Source of the DNA: Octopus sinensis
Taxonomy: Eukaryota
Direction of reading: 5' to 3'
Length of the DNA: 64,000 nucleotides
Assembly (NCBI RefSeq): GCF_006345805.1
Contig: NC_042998.1
Location: forward strand, 19,158,001-19,222,000
Shown here piece by piece: positions 24,572 to 37,850 of this stretch. The translations under genes were made by a program, and so were the position numbers. The notes beneath the pieces are model-generated. The model did no database searches, was not told where the DNA came from, and saw nothing but the letters and a program-made list of their open reading frames with translations. Position 1 is the stretch's first letter; each line of letters starts with the position of its first letter.

Positions 24572-26537
24572 ATTGACTACAAAAGGTGTTTGATAGCATC
24601 CCCCACACATGGATCCTCGAAACACTAGCCATTAACAAAGTAGCACCAACAATCATAAAATTCATAGAGCACTCTATGAATAAATGGCAAACAGTCCTAC
24701 ACCTCCAAACAAAATAGGGACTCATGAAAACCAAAGACATCCCCATTAGAAGAGGAATATTCCAGGGAGACACGCTCTCTCCACTCCTTTTCTGCTTGGC
24801 ACTGTCACCTCTATCTGATATGCTAAATAGAACTGGATGCGGATATAAATGTTACGGCAAAACGATCAGCCACCTTTTATATATGGATGACTTAAAACTA
24901 TACGCTGCAAATGGCAAACAGCTGGAAACACTATTAAAGACAGTTCATGGATTTACCAAAGAAATAGATATGAAATTTGGATTAGAAAAATGCGCCAGAG
25001 TAACCATGAAAAGAGGAAAACTAGTTAAGAGTAACAACATCACACTAGATAAAACCAATGAAATAAAAGAATTAGACCAAAGCCAAACTTACAAATACTT
25101 AGGATCCATGAACTAGATAAGACACAACACACACAAATGAAAGAGAAAATAAAAAAGAATATTATAGACGAGTTAGATCAATACTAAAAACAGAGCTCAA
25201 TGCTAAAAACAAGATAATAGGTATCAACACTTTAGCTGTCCCAGTTATAAGTTACAGCTACAATATCCTTAACTAGACACGAAATGAACTGTCCAAAATA
25301 GATAGGAAAACAAGAAAAATACTGACAGGATCTAAGATGCATCACCCAAAATCTGACATAGAAGGACTATATATACAACGTATAGAAGGTGGTAGAGGCC
25401 TTATACAGCTGGAAAACTACTATAAAATAACCACCATAGGACTGCAAAAATATCTACTTCAGAAGGAAGGAAAACTGATTCAGATAGCAGCAAAACACGA
25501 GCAAAACAAAAAACTGTTCTCAGTATTTAAGGAAGCTGACACATACAAACAAGAAATCATACCACCTAATAAACACAAAGAAGAAGAAGAAGATGATGAA
25601 GAAACAACAAAAGCTATAAAACAAATGAAATCCAAACTAAAAATAGAACAGCAACGAGCCATGATAAAACGATGGCAAGAAAAGCCCCTTCATGGTAAAT
25701 ACTGGACTAAACTAAACGCAAAAGAAATAGACAAAGAAAAATCCCAGCAATGGTTGAGAAGCTCAGGACTCAAAGCAGAACAGAGGGATTTTTAATTGCA
25801 GCACAAGACCAAAGCCTCCCCACCAGAAATTACCAAATACATGTAATGAAAAGAAATATTACAAGTAACTGCAGAATATGTGGAGATGGACAAGAAACAA
25901 TAAATCATATTATCTCTAGCTGCCCAGTCCTGGCTAAGAAGGAATATATTCACAGACATGACAGAGTTGGAACCTACATACATTGGAAGCTATGCCAACA
26001 TTATGGAATAACAACAGAAAAAAGATGGTATAGGCACACACCAGAAAAGGTCACAGAAAACGAGAAAGCAACCATACTCTGGGATATGCCGATACACACA
26101 GATAGAGAAATTAAGGCCAACAGACCAGATATAGTTGTCAGAGATCATGAAGAAAAAAAAATGATTTCTAATTGATGTATCAATAACGGAGGTGATAACG
26201 TGTCTCTAAAAGAAATGAAGAAACTCTCAAAATACAAAGACCTGGAAATAGAGGTAACTAGAATGTGGAATCTGAAAACAGAAACAATTCCTATCATAGT
26301 AGGTGCATTAGGCATGATAAAAAAATATTCAGACAAATACATAACAAAAACACCAGGATTTACAAACACATATAACATACAGAAAATTGCACTACTAGGC
26401 ACTGCACACATCCTACGCAGAACACTTTCCATACAATAACCATCAGAGCATCACAACAAATCACAGCACATAACCCAAGGCACACAGAGCTGCGCTCGGT
26501 AGTGAAGTGAAAGCACGCTATAAAAATAAAACTACTG
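24572..26537 (+). mobile_element. 5'-truncated R4/Dong-clade non-LTR retrotransposon (RT + restriction-like endonuclease), pseudogenised
   Basis: Begins at IDYK-FDSIPH; GIFQGDTLSP, YMDDLKLY, KYLG; AAQDQSLPTRNY, CCHC knuckle (CRICG..ETINHIISSC), RHD, LWD..ANRPDIV, IPIIVGALG; frameshifts and stops; flanked by (AAT)n on both sides. Confidence 0.93.
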
Positions 26538-26553
26538 AATAATAATAATATAA

Positions 26554-26615
<62 letters not shown>

Positions 26616-26664
26616 TAATAATAATAATAATATAATAATAATAATAATACTAATAATGATAATA

Positions 26665-26698
<34 letters not shown>

Positions 26699-26821
26699 TA
26701 ATAATATTAATAATAATAATAATAATAATATTTCAACAACTCTTAACCTTCACTTGCCCCAGGGCGCTGGGTGTGCCCCGGCAAGTGATTGCATCAACCA
26801 TGCAGATTAAAAGTAAATGAC

Positions 26822-26873
<52 letters not shown>
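26538..26873. repeat. (AAT)n tracts with an 85-bp unique island
   Basis: Visible runs at 26538-26730 and 26821-26873. Confidence 0.9.
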
Positions 26874-26876
26874 GAG

Positions 26877-27095
26877 CGGGATGTGTTACTCGACCAGAAG
26901 AATATTCTAACTGGGCCCCACCTGCAAGGTCATGTGCTGTTAATCTTGATATGAGATCTCCATGTCGCGCACATGTGCTTGTGATGCATGTGCCTGGTGT
27001 ACTCTTATGAGACGGGTAGTCATGATGGGTATACTGGGCTTCGTATATTTTACCCTAGTGTCTCTTTTGTGGCATACACTGCTCTCTCACTCAAT
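26877..27095 (+). mobile_element. family D 3' fragment
   Basis: TTCTAACTGGGCCCCACCTGCAAGGTCATG...CTGCTCTCTCACTCAATAAT. Confidence 0.8.
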
Positions 27096-27114
27096 AATAA
27101 CAAAAATAATGCTA

Positions 27115-27117
27115 ATT

Positions 27118-27148
<31 letters not shown>

Positions 27149-27218
27149 CGATGACGATGAAGATGATGATGATGATGATGATGATGATGACGATGATGAC
27201 GATGATGAGGATGGTGAC

Positions 27219-27255
<37 letters not shown>

Positions 27256-27363
27256 GTGATGATGGTGATGGTGATGGTGATGATGATGATGGTGGTGATG
27301 ATAACGATGATGATTTTGATGATGACGATGACGGTGTTGAGGATGGTGATGGTGATGATGGTG

Positions 27364-27396
<33 letters not shown>

Positions 27397-27436
27397 GTGA
27401 TGGTGATGATGGTGATGGTGATGATGACGATGATGA

Positions 27437-27470
<34 letters not shown>

Positions 27471-27495
27471 GATAATAATAATAATAATAATAATA
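27115..27495. repeat. (GAT)n/(GGT)n microsatellite
   Basis: Visible; produces the poly-Asp and poly-Met ORFs. Confidence 0.92.
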
Positions 27496-27957
27496 CTTTA
27501 GCTCCTGCTACGGTTCAATCTTCTGCTGGTGCTGTAATAATATGGTACACATTTACATGTCACATCAGAAAGAACAAATGAAACGAAAGTAAGTTTTGAG
27601 ACATTAAGATACACTGGCAGATTAAATTGTAAGAGATCAAAAGAAAGAGAGAATTGTTAAGATAAACGCAATAACGAATATTGAAAACATTACTTGTACG
27701 GTATGGAAGAAATCGATAAAGTTAATATCAGAGGGAATGTTACAAACGCCATGGAAAAATATGTATTACCCGTGATGGCAGGCGCACAGAAGCAGTGTTG
27801 TGTTTATTTATCGTATAATAACCATTGTCTGGTTATTATAGGATAAATAAACACAGCTCTACATGTTCGTTGAGGTTAGAGGTGAAATGATATTATTTAT
27901 ATTGTTTTGCTTGTAATGTGATTAAGAGTTACAAATCTAGTTTAGTGATAGGAGGAT

Positions 27958-28339
27958 GAAGCACTCCGTCGGTTACGACGACGAGGGTTCCGGTTGATCC
28001 GAATCAGCGGAACATCCTGCTCGTGAACTTAACGTGTAAGTGGCTGAGCACTCCACAGACACGTGTACCCTTAACGTAGTTCTCAGGGATATTCAGCGTG
28101 ACACAGAGAGTGACAAGGCCGGCCTTTTGAAATACAGGTACAACAGAAACAGGAAGTAAGAGTGAGAGAAAGTTGTGGTGAAAGAGTACAGCAGGGATCA
28201 CCACCATCCCCTGCCGGAGCATCGTGGAGCTTTAGGTGTTTTCACTCAATAAACACTCACAACGCCCGGTATGGGAATCGAAACCGCGATCCTATGACCG
28301 CGAAACCGCTGCCCTAACCACTGGGCCATTGCGCCTCCA
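27958..28339 (-). mobile_element. tRNA SINE with family C head and family E tail
   Basis: Minus-strand head TGGAGGCGCAATGGCCCAGTGGTTAGGGCAGCGG...ACCTAAAGCTCCAC; tail ...GTCGTAACCGACGGAGTGC shared with 7258. Confidence 0.8.
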
Positions 28340-28806
28340 CAGTTTTGTGATAACTGAATATGCCACCGGCATTTCTATTAAATATGAAGATACTTGCGCA
28401 TAAATTAAGGTGCCTCTGTGTAGTATATTGCCACGACGAGAGATTGAGGGGGAAGTTATAATGTAACAAGATGCAATAATTAGCAAACAAAAGACGATTC
28501 ATATGCGCACACATGGACGGCTGCAAACACATTCGCACATAAATAGTATATTCGAATAGTGGAGAATAGAAAAGTTAAAAGTAACGATCTACAAAGCTAC
28601 GTGTTGTAAATATATGTCTGTCAGTATGTGTGTATGTATGTGTGTGTGTGTGTGACAGTGTATGCGTGTATACGTGTGTTTGATCTGTGAGTGTGTAATA
28701 TTGTGTTTTTGTATGTGTGTGCCTGCGTGTCTATACTTATCAGATGGAAGTTTTGAATATTTATATCATCACGTCACAACATATTCAAAGGAGTGAATGA
28801 TAGCAT

Positions 28807-28890
<84 letters not shown>

Positions 28891-29116
28891 CTATTGCCCA
28901 CAAGGGGCAAAACACAGAGGGGACAAACATGGACAGACAAATGGATTAAATCGATTACATCGACCCCAGTGCGTAACTGGTACTTAATTTATCGACCCCG
29001 AAAGGATGAAAGGCAAAGTCAACCTCGGCGAAATTTGAGCCCAGAGCGTAACGGCAGACGAAATACGGTTACGCATTTCGCCCGGCGTGCTAACGGTCCT
29101 CCCAGCTCACCGCCTT
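28891..29116 (-). mobile_element. SINE family B monomer
   Basis: Reverse complement of the head plus one unit. Confidence 0.88.
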
Positions 29117-29130
29117 GATATATATATAAA

Positions 29131-29405
29131 GTTATCGCAAAGCTAACATAGCAGTTCAGAAAAAATAGGACGAATGCTGCCGTTGATTAGCTCCAAGAGG
29201 GCATTGCCTCTAGCTAGCTATGTGACACACAAACCTGTGTCCATTATAACCTTCGAACAGGAGCTGCTGACCTCCCCTGTTCGAAGGTTATAATGGACAC
29301 AGGTTTGTGTGTCACATAGTTAGATAGAGGCAATGGCGTCTTGGAGCTAATCAACGACAGCATTCGTCCAATATTTCTGGATTGCAATGTTAGCTTGGTA
29401 ATAAC
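29131..29405. mobile_element. fold-back / MITE-like inverted repeat element
   Basis: Arms of about 130 bp; the inner 44 bp (29218-29261 and 29276-29319) are perfect, with a 14-nt spacer; TA-rich flanks. Confidence 0.7.
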
Positions 29406-30475
29406 TATTAATATCCAGAACCGCTGTCGTAGTCTCCTTTAGAGAGAATTAGAAATAATGATATTTCTCTCTCTGTCTCTGTATATATATATATATATTT
29501 ATTTATAAAATAATAATAGAATTAGTCGTTGGCTTTTGAATGGCAGCCTCAGAAGTATTAGAGAGTATACGTTGACTTATTTTTCAAATGTGAGACGTGA
29601 AACATAAAACATAATCATGTTTTTACATGCAGGCATAGGCGGCTTTGCACTACATCGTAAGATTGAATACCCCTCGTTTGATATTTCGGATACTGTTTTT
29701 CGATTGCAAATCTTGTCGGATCGATTTGTCCATAATTTAGGTGTCAATGAAAAAGTACCATTTTAGAAGTATTGGCGGACTTGGTAACCATGAAGCAATC
29801 GAGATTTTTTTTTTCCAACCTTTGATCTAATCAAGCCAAAATGTACTTGGGTGCTTAAGTCAACCTGGTGTGTGATTCGCCACTCGCGCCTGGTTAATTG
29901 GATTTTCTTTTGCGAAGTCCAATCAACTGAAAATTTTGTGCTGAATATAAATTATTTTGGCCTGGATGTATTCGCGAATTCCCCAATGAATATATATTAA
30001 TGCTTCTTTATGCGTTCATCAATTATCGAGGTTTTTTTTTCCTTTAAAATTTTAAATTACTAATGGAAGGTTATATATTCCCAATGGATGTATATTACTC
30101 AGTCCTGCAAAATTAATTTAAAGGAACACACCTTCCATATACAGCCTGACTTCTTTTATATAGTTTTGAATATTCACAAATATTAAGCTATAAGGAACTA
30201 GGAGTAACATGGCGTGTATACACATTTTTGAAACATATTTTGAAAGGAATTTAATATGGTGCTTCATGTTGTGTAGATAGATGAATATATCTATTTATCG
30301 TATAAAATTTGCATAGATGAATATGTTACGATTTTCTCAAAGTCATTCAGAATATAACAATCATTAGTAGCTAAACTTATTACAATCAACAACATCTTGA
30401 CTTATAATTGCTACACAAGTCCAGCAGTTTGAATAATCGAAAACGTGAAATCAAGTAACGATTCAAAATACTTCA

Positions 30476-30900
30476 GCTGTGTGGTAAATAGCTTGCTTAC
30501 CAGCCACATGGATCCCGGCTTCAGTCCCACTGTGTGGCACCTTGGACAAGTGTCTTCTACTATAGCTTCGGACCGACCAAAGCCTTGTGAGTGGATTTGG
30601 TAGACGGAAACTGAAAGCAGCCCGTCGTATATATATAGGTGTGTGTGTATGTTTGTGTGTGTGTATGTGTGTCTGTGTGTCTGTGTGTCTGTGTTCGTCT
30701 GTGTTTGTCCCACCAACATTGCTTGACAACCGATGCTGGTGTGTTTACGACCCCGTAACTTAGCGGTTCAGCAAGAGACACCGATAGAATAAGTACTAAG
30801 TCTTACAAAGAATAAGTCCTGGGGTCCATTTGCTCGACTAAAGGCGATGCTCCAGTATGGCCGCACTCAAATGACTGAAACAAGTAAAAGAGTAAAAGAG
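30476..30900 (+). mobile_element. SINE family A (slightly 5'-truncated)
   Basis: Colinear with other A copies. Confidence 0.88.
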
Positions 30901-31067
30901 ACGTTATATGATAAGTACGTCTGGCTCCGTTGTGTTTAATACGTGATCACCACTCCAAACACATCCACAGGCACACTCACAAACACACGCACAGGCTCAC
31001 ACAAGCGAACGCGCATACACACACACGCATTCATATATATATAGAGAGATAAACATGAGTCCGCATC

Positions 31068-31880
31068 TAAGAAGGGGTACTCGAAAGAAAACGGAATTTT
31101 GCAATATTATTTTATTCAATAAGTCTTACATGTTTACACTTTTATCACCTTCAAGGTATTTCCTTTTGAATCACTACATTGGTCCAGGCGCGTTAGCCAT
31201 TATTCCAATTAGTGTTGTAACTCTTGGGAAATAATGTCTTTTAAAGCATCAGTCGTTTTTTACTTCACCTCACCCATGTCTGAAAATTCCATAGCACCAG
31301 CTTCCATCAGCAGAGATGACCTTCGAAAAAAATTCCCGGATCAACTTCCAACTGTTCTTTCAGTTCACGACGCACATTCAGTCGTGCTTTTGATCTTCCG
31401 TCAGCAAGCGACGCATACCTTTAATTGTAACTCTTTTCATTCGCAATTCCCCGCTCAAAATTTGTTGGCAGGAGCTCCAGGACACACCAGTCATATCAAT
31501 AACTTCGTCAATTGTTCGGTGTCAGTCCTCCAAGATCAGTATATGGGCTCGTAGTTCGTCCTGAACGAGGTTTGTTGTCAAGCAACAAGTGACTATTCAT
31601 AAAGCGTGGGAGTCACTCATAAACTTGTTTTGCTCATGGCAACGTTCTTGTAAGCAGTTTGACGTATAATAACTGTTTCGGCTGCCGTTTTCTCCAGCAG
31701 AAAACAGAATGTCACGGAAGCACGATGTTCCTTCGTTTCTGCCATCACAACATTCGACGAATAGTGGAGAAGTACTAAATCGCACCACGTGGCAGTACAA
31801 CGCCCACCGGATGACACCGTTCGGCAGACTGATGCCTGGGATTCGCATCAAGTGGCTTAGGACTGAAACGTATAAAAGAA
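31068..31880 (-). mobile_element. internally deleted mariner transposon remnant
   Basis: Minus strand from 31745 reads MAETKEHRASVTFCFLLEKTAAETV..AMSKT, a mariner transposase N-terminal HTH; TIR-like GAAGGGGTACTCGAAAGAAAACGGAAT at the left end. Confidence 0.75.
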
Positions 31881-32765
31881 TAAAATAATTTAAAATACAA
31901 GCGTATATATATGTAGTTATATGCATACACACACACACATACTTTTTCGCGACTATACGAGATTTGTGTTCAAGCAATACACGGATTACATGATCTACCT
32001 CAACTTAAACATTATCAATGAAATAATCTTAGTGTCTGTGAAATTCAGTTTCCAGAAATGTTGCATTGATAGTAAATATTATATTTTAAAGAGTAAATAT
32101 TATATTTTATATTTTATAATATTTTATATTTCATAATATTTTATATTTTATAATATATTAATATTATAATTTATAATATAATATATTTTATAATATTTTA
32201 TATTTTATAATAGATATTATATTATAGTAAATATTATATTTTAAACTCACTATTTGAATAGACGTGTCAATATTATTGATATTGTCTATTAACTACATAC
32301 ATTTCATTCTCGTGTATTTTGCAGTGGTAACAATATACCCTCTCAAAAGCCGAATCTTAAAACACATAAGAGTAATGGACAGGCGAGGTAACTCCCCCTC
32401 AATCTCATTAGAGAATGATGGATACCAGGTGTTTCACTATTGGTAGGGCTCGTCAAAATCACATACCCGCCAAGGTTGAAGGCAACTGACCTAGCCAATC
32501 CACGACGTATATGCTCACGTCTTATTAAACCACGTGATGGTATACCTAGGAATTGCATACCCAAGAGAAAATTCACAGATGGCCTAAAAGAGCTCTACAA
32601 TAATAAATGAAGTTTATCCTTCATGCACATCAATACTTGGATGTCGCTAGATTTACAGTTACTCTCTATTCTTTATACGGTAAACTTTACACCGTCTGTT
32701 ATTCTTCACATTTAGAGTTGATGTTGCTGTAAATTATAATCTCGGTGTTAATGCTTTCAATACTA

Positions 32766-32956
32766 CTTTTATCTTTACTCTTTTACTTGTTTCAGGAATT
32801 TGACTGCGGCCATGCTGGAGCACCGCCTTTAGTCGAGCAAATCGACCCCAGGACTTATTCTTTGTAAGCCTAGTACTTATTCTATCGGTCTTTTTTGCAG
32901 AACCATTAAGTTACGGGAACGCAAACACACCAACATCAGTTGTCAAGCGATGTTGG

Positions 32957-32987
<31 letters not shown>

Positions 32988-33175
32988 CACACATATATAT
33001 ATACATATATACGATGGGCTTCTTTCAGTTTCCGTCTACCAAATCCACTCACAAGGCTTTGGTCGACCCGAGGCTATAGTAGAAGACACTTGCCCAAGAT
33101 GCCACCTAGTGGGACTGAACCCGGAACCACGTTGCTGGTAAGCAAGCTACTTATAACACAGCCACTCCTGCGCCT
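32766..33175 (-). mobile_element. SINE family A (full length)
   Basis: Colinear with 1472-1884. Confidence 0.9.
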
Positions 33176-34786
33176 AAATATGCAGACGATCATGAACTTT
33201 TAGTGCCCAGCATGAATTTGTCATTGAACTGAGATTCTGATACACTTTCCCAAAGATGTAGAAATCTGTAGGTCTATATGAATGTGCATTCAACTGCAGT
33301 GTACATGAAACATACGCCTTCCAATCTGCAGAGTACAGATTTAAGCATATAAACAGGATTTCGCATTACTTGCAACTCATTGCAAATCTTGTATAAGCAG
33401 CAACAGAAATAACACCAGTAATAGAAATAATAATTTGACGTCAGGAACTCAATTAAAAGAACGCAACGTCTTGTTTACACAATCTGAAATTTCTCAGAAA
33501 CATGCCAGAATAATCAGCCAGAATGACAACAGCAGCAGTTATATGGAATACGTTTAAAATCTGCGTTAGATACCTTCTACGGTTCTCCGCAGTACAGATG
33601 TAATATACTCGCTTCTCTATTTCATTATGCCTGGAAATGTATGATCAAAAATTCATGATGAAACACAAGCTGACAGTTTTGACACAGATATCTGCATCTA
33701 ACAATACTGTATAATAAATATATACTTCTAACATTTTGTTTCTGTAATTGCATTCTCTCATAAGTAATGCATAATATGGTTATTACCACTCCTTTACAGA
33801 AAGCTAGCTCTTCTATTAGTAATTGTTGTTATGATATCTCATATGACGAGCAAATCCGGCGTCGGAAAACTGCAGACGTTATAAACATTTTCAGAGCCCT
33901 GTCTACGAAATGCTCGCTTCGAAACTGACTGTTCGCTTCTCTATCTTTAAAATAGTTTGCAACGATCATAGACCACTTCTTTCCTAGTCGATCGATTTTC
34001 CATCATCTACTCCCATTTTTCTTTTTCAGTCATAAAACATTTCATTAGCTTCTGGCCGATCAATGTTAAACAATTGCCTATATAAAATGATATACTACAT
34101 CCTCTTAAAGTTCCCAGCCCAATGCATCTGATTGCATGTAAGGAGCATCTCATTACTTAATATCTTCACGAGCTGGAAGTCAGTAATGGCTGATGTTAAA
34201 CACTGCCGTTTAAATTTTAATATCCTCCTAAGTTACGCTTGATAGAATTTTTCCAAGGTTTAAATGCGACAACAGTTTATAAACCGAGGCTCAAAAGAGA
34301 ATAAAAGGCAGTTATGACACACGACTCCTAGACATGTGGGTTGATTTTAATGATGATAATTCTACCAGTCCACACACGATTTTAACGTACTTTCCATGAG
34401 CTTTCGTTGCTCTTTCGATCCTCAGTTTATTTCAGAGTCAAGGGATTCCTTTCTGAATATATATGAATACTTGAATATATACCGCCTTTGAAATATAAAC
34501 AAAGACAGTAAAGTCACATTTTAAACCTTAGAAAAGTCTTGCATCGTTTTATTGTTCCGTTTTCAGATTGCATTTGTGATGTGCGAATCAAATGGTTGTT
34601 TTCCTTCTCTGAAAATCCAAGCTTTTCTAGACAGACAGATGTATGTATGTATGTATGTATGTATGTATGTATGTATAATATAATGTTTAATGTACATTAT
34701 GGTATCCAGCCCCTTGTAACTATGCTTTAAATGTTTGTATCGCTGATTAGTTTTGAGACTTCTTTGAATGCTTCGTTTTATATATC

Positions 34787-35175
34787 ACTAGCAGTATCGC
34801 CCGGCCGGCGTTGCTCGGATTTGTTTCCGCCCTTTAGAATTGGAACTTTTGAAAAGTAAAAATTTTGCATTATGTAGCTTGTTATTCTCTTTAAGTGAAC
34901 ATTTTTCTGGTTGATATACACCGAAAAATGGCGACACAGCAGTCAAAAAATCGTAAAAATAGGGATTTTCATAGAAAAAACCACCTTTTTGATGTAAATA
35001 ATTGTTGGTGTTAACATGGTCCGAATTGAATTTTGTCTTCTATGAAAGGAAGAGCAAACCTTCTTCTATCATACTGTCAATTTTGGTCAACTTGCGCCGC
35101 AGGGTCTCGGAGGAGATAGTGTTAGTTGAAGGCTACAAACCTACCATACAGAGACAACTTCAGCTTTATATACAT
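34787..35175 (+). mobile_element. non-autonomous Helitron/Helentron-like element (Lep1/DINE-like architecture)
   Basis: Starts ACTAGCAGTATCGCCCGG..CGTTGCTCGG (short hairpin) and ends ...AATTTTGGTCAAC...GGAGGAGATAG...ACAGAGACAACTTCAGCTTTATATA in TA context; recognised by architecture only. Confidence 0.5.
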
Positions 35176-35770
35176 ATCATTGTGCATAAACATTATTTAT
35201 ATAGGCTTTCTCTTCCTTAAGGTGACAGACATAATACATAAATCATTTTTCCATATAAGCATACAATACAACCGACGTTAAACAGATAAATAACTTTCCA
35301 GTAACTAGAATTTTCTCTTTTAATTCGATAAACAAGTACTGCAATAATTAGTGTAGCTATAAATTTGTTCTCTATGCACTTATTCACATTTACTTTCTGC
35401 TCTCTTATATCTTTTCAAATAGCGATATCCAATCAAAGAAGGCTATTGGTGTGAGAGTTTTCTGAAATTCATAATTAGAGAATATTTTATTAACAGTAAT
35501 ACATCTGCAACAGTCATAACGGAATAGGAATAGCAAAAATCATAATATGATTGACTTTGCTATTCACGTTCCGAGGTTGGTTAATCGAATTACTGGTACT
35601 AAGTTGATGTAATCAACAAATTCTTGCCCCCATACCAATTTTCAGGCCTTACGCCTATATTAAACTAGTTTTCTTCTTTGTTCATTTTCTTCTTTTCAAT
35701 AGTAACAATTATTATTCTCATTATTTCTAAAGTTGTTGTCGTTGTTATTAATATCATTGCTAAAATCAAC

Positions 35771-36780
35771 GCAGCGAGCAGGCAGAATCGTTAGCACGTC
35801 GGACGAAGTGCATAGCGGTATTTCGTCTGCGTTACGTTCTGAGTTCAAATTCCGCCGAGGTCGACTTTGCCTTTCATCCTTTCGGGGTCGATAAATTAAG
35901 TACCAGTTACGCACTGGGGTCAATGTAATCGACTTAATACCTATGTCTGTCCTTGTTTGCCCCTCTGTGTTTAGCCCCTTGTGGGTAATAAAGAAATAGG
36001 TATTTCGTGTGCCTTTACTTACTGAGTTCAAATTCCGCCAAGTTCGACAATGCCTTTCATCCTTTCGGGGTCGATAAATTAAGTACCAGTTACGCACTGG
36101 GGTCGATATAATCGACTTAATCCGTTTGTCTGTCGTTGTTTGTCCCTTCTGTGGTTTAGCCCCTTGTGGGTAGTAAAGAAATAGGTATTATTTCGTCTGT
36201 GAGGAAAGCGGCGAGCTTGCAGAATCGTTAGCATGCCGGGCGAAATGCTTTGCGGTAATTCGCCTGCCGCTACGTTTTGAGTTCAAATTCCGCCGAGGTC
36301 AACTTTGCCTTTCATCTTTTAGGGGTCGATTAAATAAGTACCAGTTACGCACGGAGGTCGATGTAATCGACTTGATTCCGTTTGTCTGTCCTTGTTTGTC
36401 CTCTCTTTGTTTAGCCCCTTGTGGGTAGTAAAGAAATAGGTATTTCGTCAGCTGTTACGTTCTGAGCTCAAATTCCGCCGAGGTCAACTTTGCCTTTCAT
36501 CCTTTCGGGGTCGATTAAATAAGTACCAGTTACGCACTGGGGTCGATGTAATCGACTTGATCCCTTTGTCTGTCCTTGTTTGTCCTCTTTGTGTTTAGCA
36601 CCTTGTAAACAGTAAAGTAATAGGTATTTCGTCTGCTTCTACGTTCTGAGTTCAAACTCGGCCGAGGTCAATTTTGCTTTTCATCGTATCGGAGTATACC
36701 CAGTCAAGTACTGGGGTCGATGTAATCAACTATCCCCCACTAAAATGCGAGGCTTTGTGCCTATAGTAAAAATGATTAAT
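35771..36780 (+). mobile_element. SINE family B array: two heads, five body units
   Basis: Junctions at 36000, 36185, 36440 and 36624; second head near 36207; last unit has the alternative tail. Confidence 0.9.
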
Positions 36781-36854
36781 ATCATTACTATGATGATCAT
36801 CATCATCACCGTTAGCTCGCTGGACGAAATGCTTCGCAGTATTTCTAAACAAAT

Positions 36855-37104
36855 GACTATGATGCTTCCCAAGTACTCTGCTCGTGATCAGAGATGCACA
36901 TAGCATCAGCCACTAAGGGACAGGTTCAATTGGTGATGGTCAAACAACCGATAAGTAAATCTGTGGTATTGAGCAGAATATTTACTGTAGCCCATCTTTT
37001 ATAGCAATACAAAAGAATATACATGAAAACACTTCTAATCAGTTAAGCGCAAAAGCCTTGAGAAACACTGCCTTGTATTGCATCAGGGCATTATATTGTT
37101 GTCG

Positions 37105-37139
<35 letters not shown>

Positions 37140-37850
37140 ATTACTGAGTGACAGAGCAACGCAAGCCATCAAAGTGGTCAGTGATGCACATATCGTCAGC
37201 CACTAAGGAACCTTCTTAACTGGTTAAGGTCAAATAACTGACAAGAAAATCTGTGGTATTGAGCAGAATATTTGCTGTAACCCATCTTTTATACCTAGAA
37301 ATAACAATATACATGATAACATTTCCAAAGGACAGAGGGATGTATATGCGTAACACAGTATACCCATCATGACTACCCGTCTGGTAAGGGTACACCAGGC
37401 ACATGCATCACAACCATATGTGCGCGACATGGTGATTTCATGTGAAGATAAACAGCGCATGACCTTGCAGGTAGGGCCAGATAGAATTTTCTTCAGGTCC
37501 AGTAGCATATCCCGCTCAAACGCTTCGTGAATAAGGTCTGTTTAATGTTGTTGAATGAAACACCCATCTTTCCAGAGGTGAATTAATCAAACTTCACAGA
37601 ATTCCCCTGAACACATGCCTATGATGTTTCCCCAATACTTCTGCGTGTGATCAGAAATACACATATCGTCAGCCACAAACAGATATACTCAATTGGCTAA
37701 GGTCAAGCAACTGACAAGCAAATCAGTGGTATTGAGCAAAATATTTGCTGTAGTCTATCTTTTATACCAAGACAAAGCAATGTACATTGTAACACTTCCA
37801 ATAAGTTGAAATCAGAGCTGCGCATGCTCAGTGACACTAAGATACAAATA
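36855..37850 (-). mobile_element. cluster of diverged family D fragments
   Basis: TCTGTGGTATTGAGCAGAATATTT occurs three times, plus GTGCGCGACATGGTGAT and GACCTTGCAGGT motifs; interleaved with (GTT)n. Confidence 0.75.

Noticed and set aside
23327-24628. Mucin-like Thr-rich or Leu-rich membrane protein ORFs
   Set aside because: They are translations of (CTA)n/(CTG)n repeats, open in several frames, with no splice or domain support.
26962-27581. Asp-rich (biomineralisation-like) 197-aa ORF
   Set aside because: It starts inside a family D repeat and runs through a (GAT)n microsatellite.
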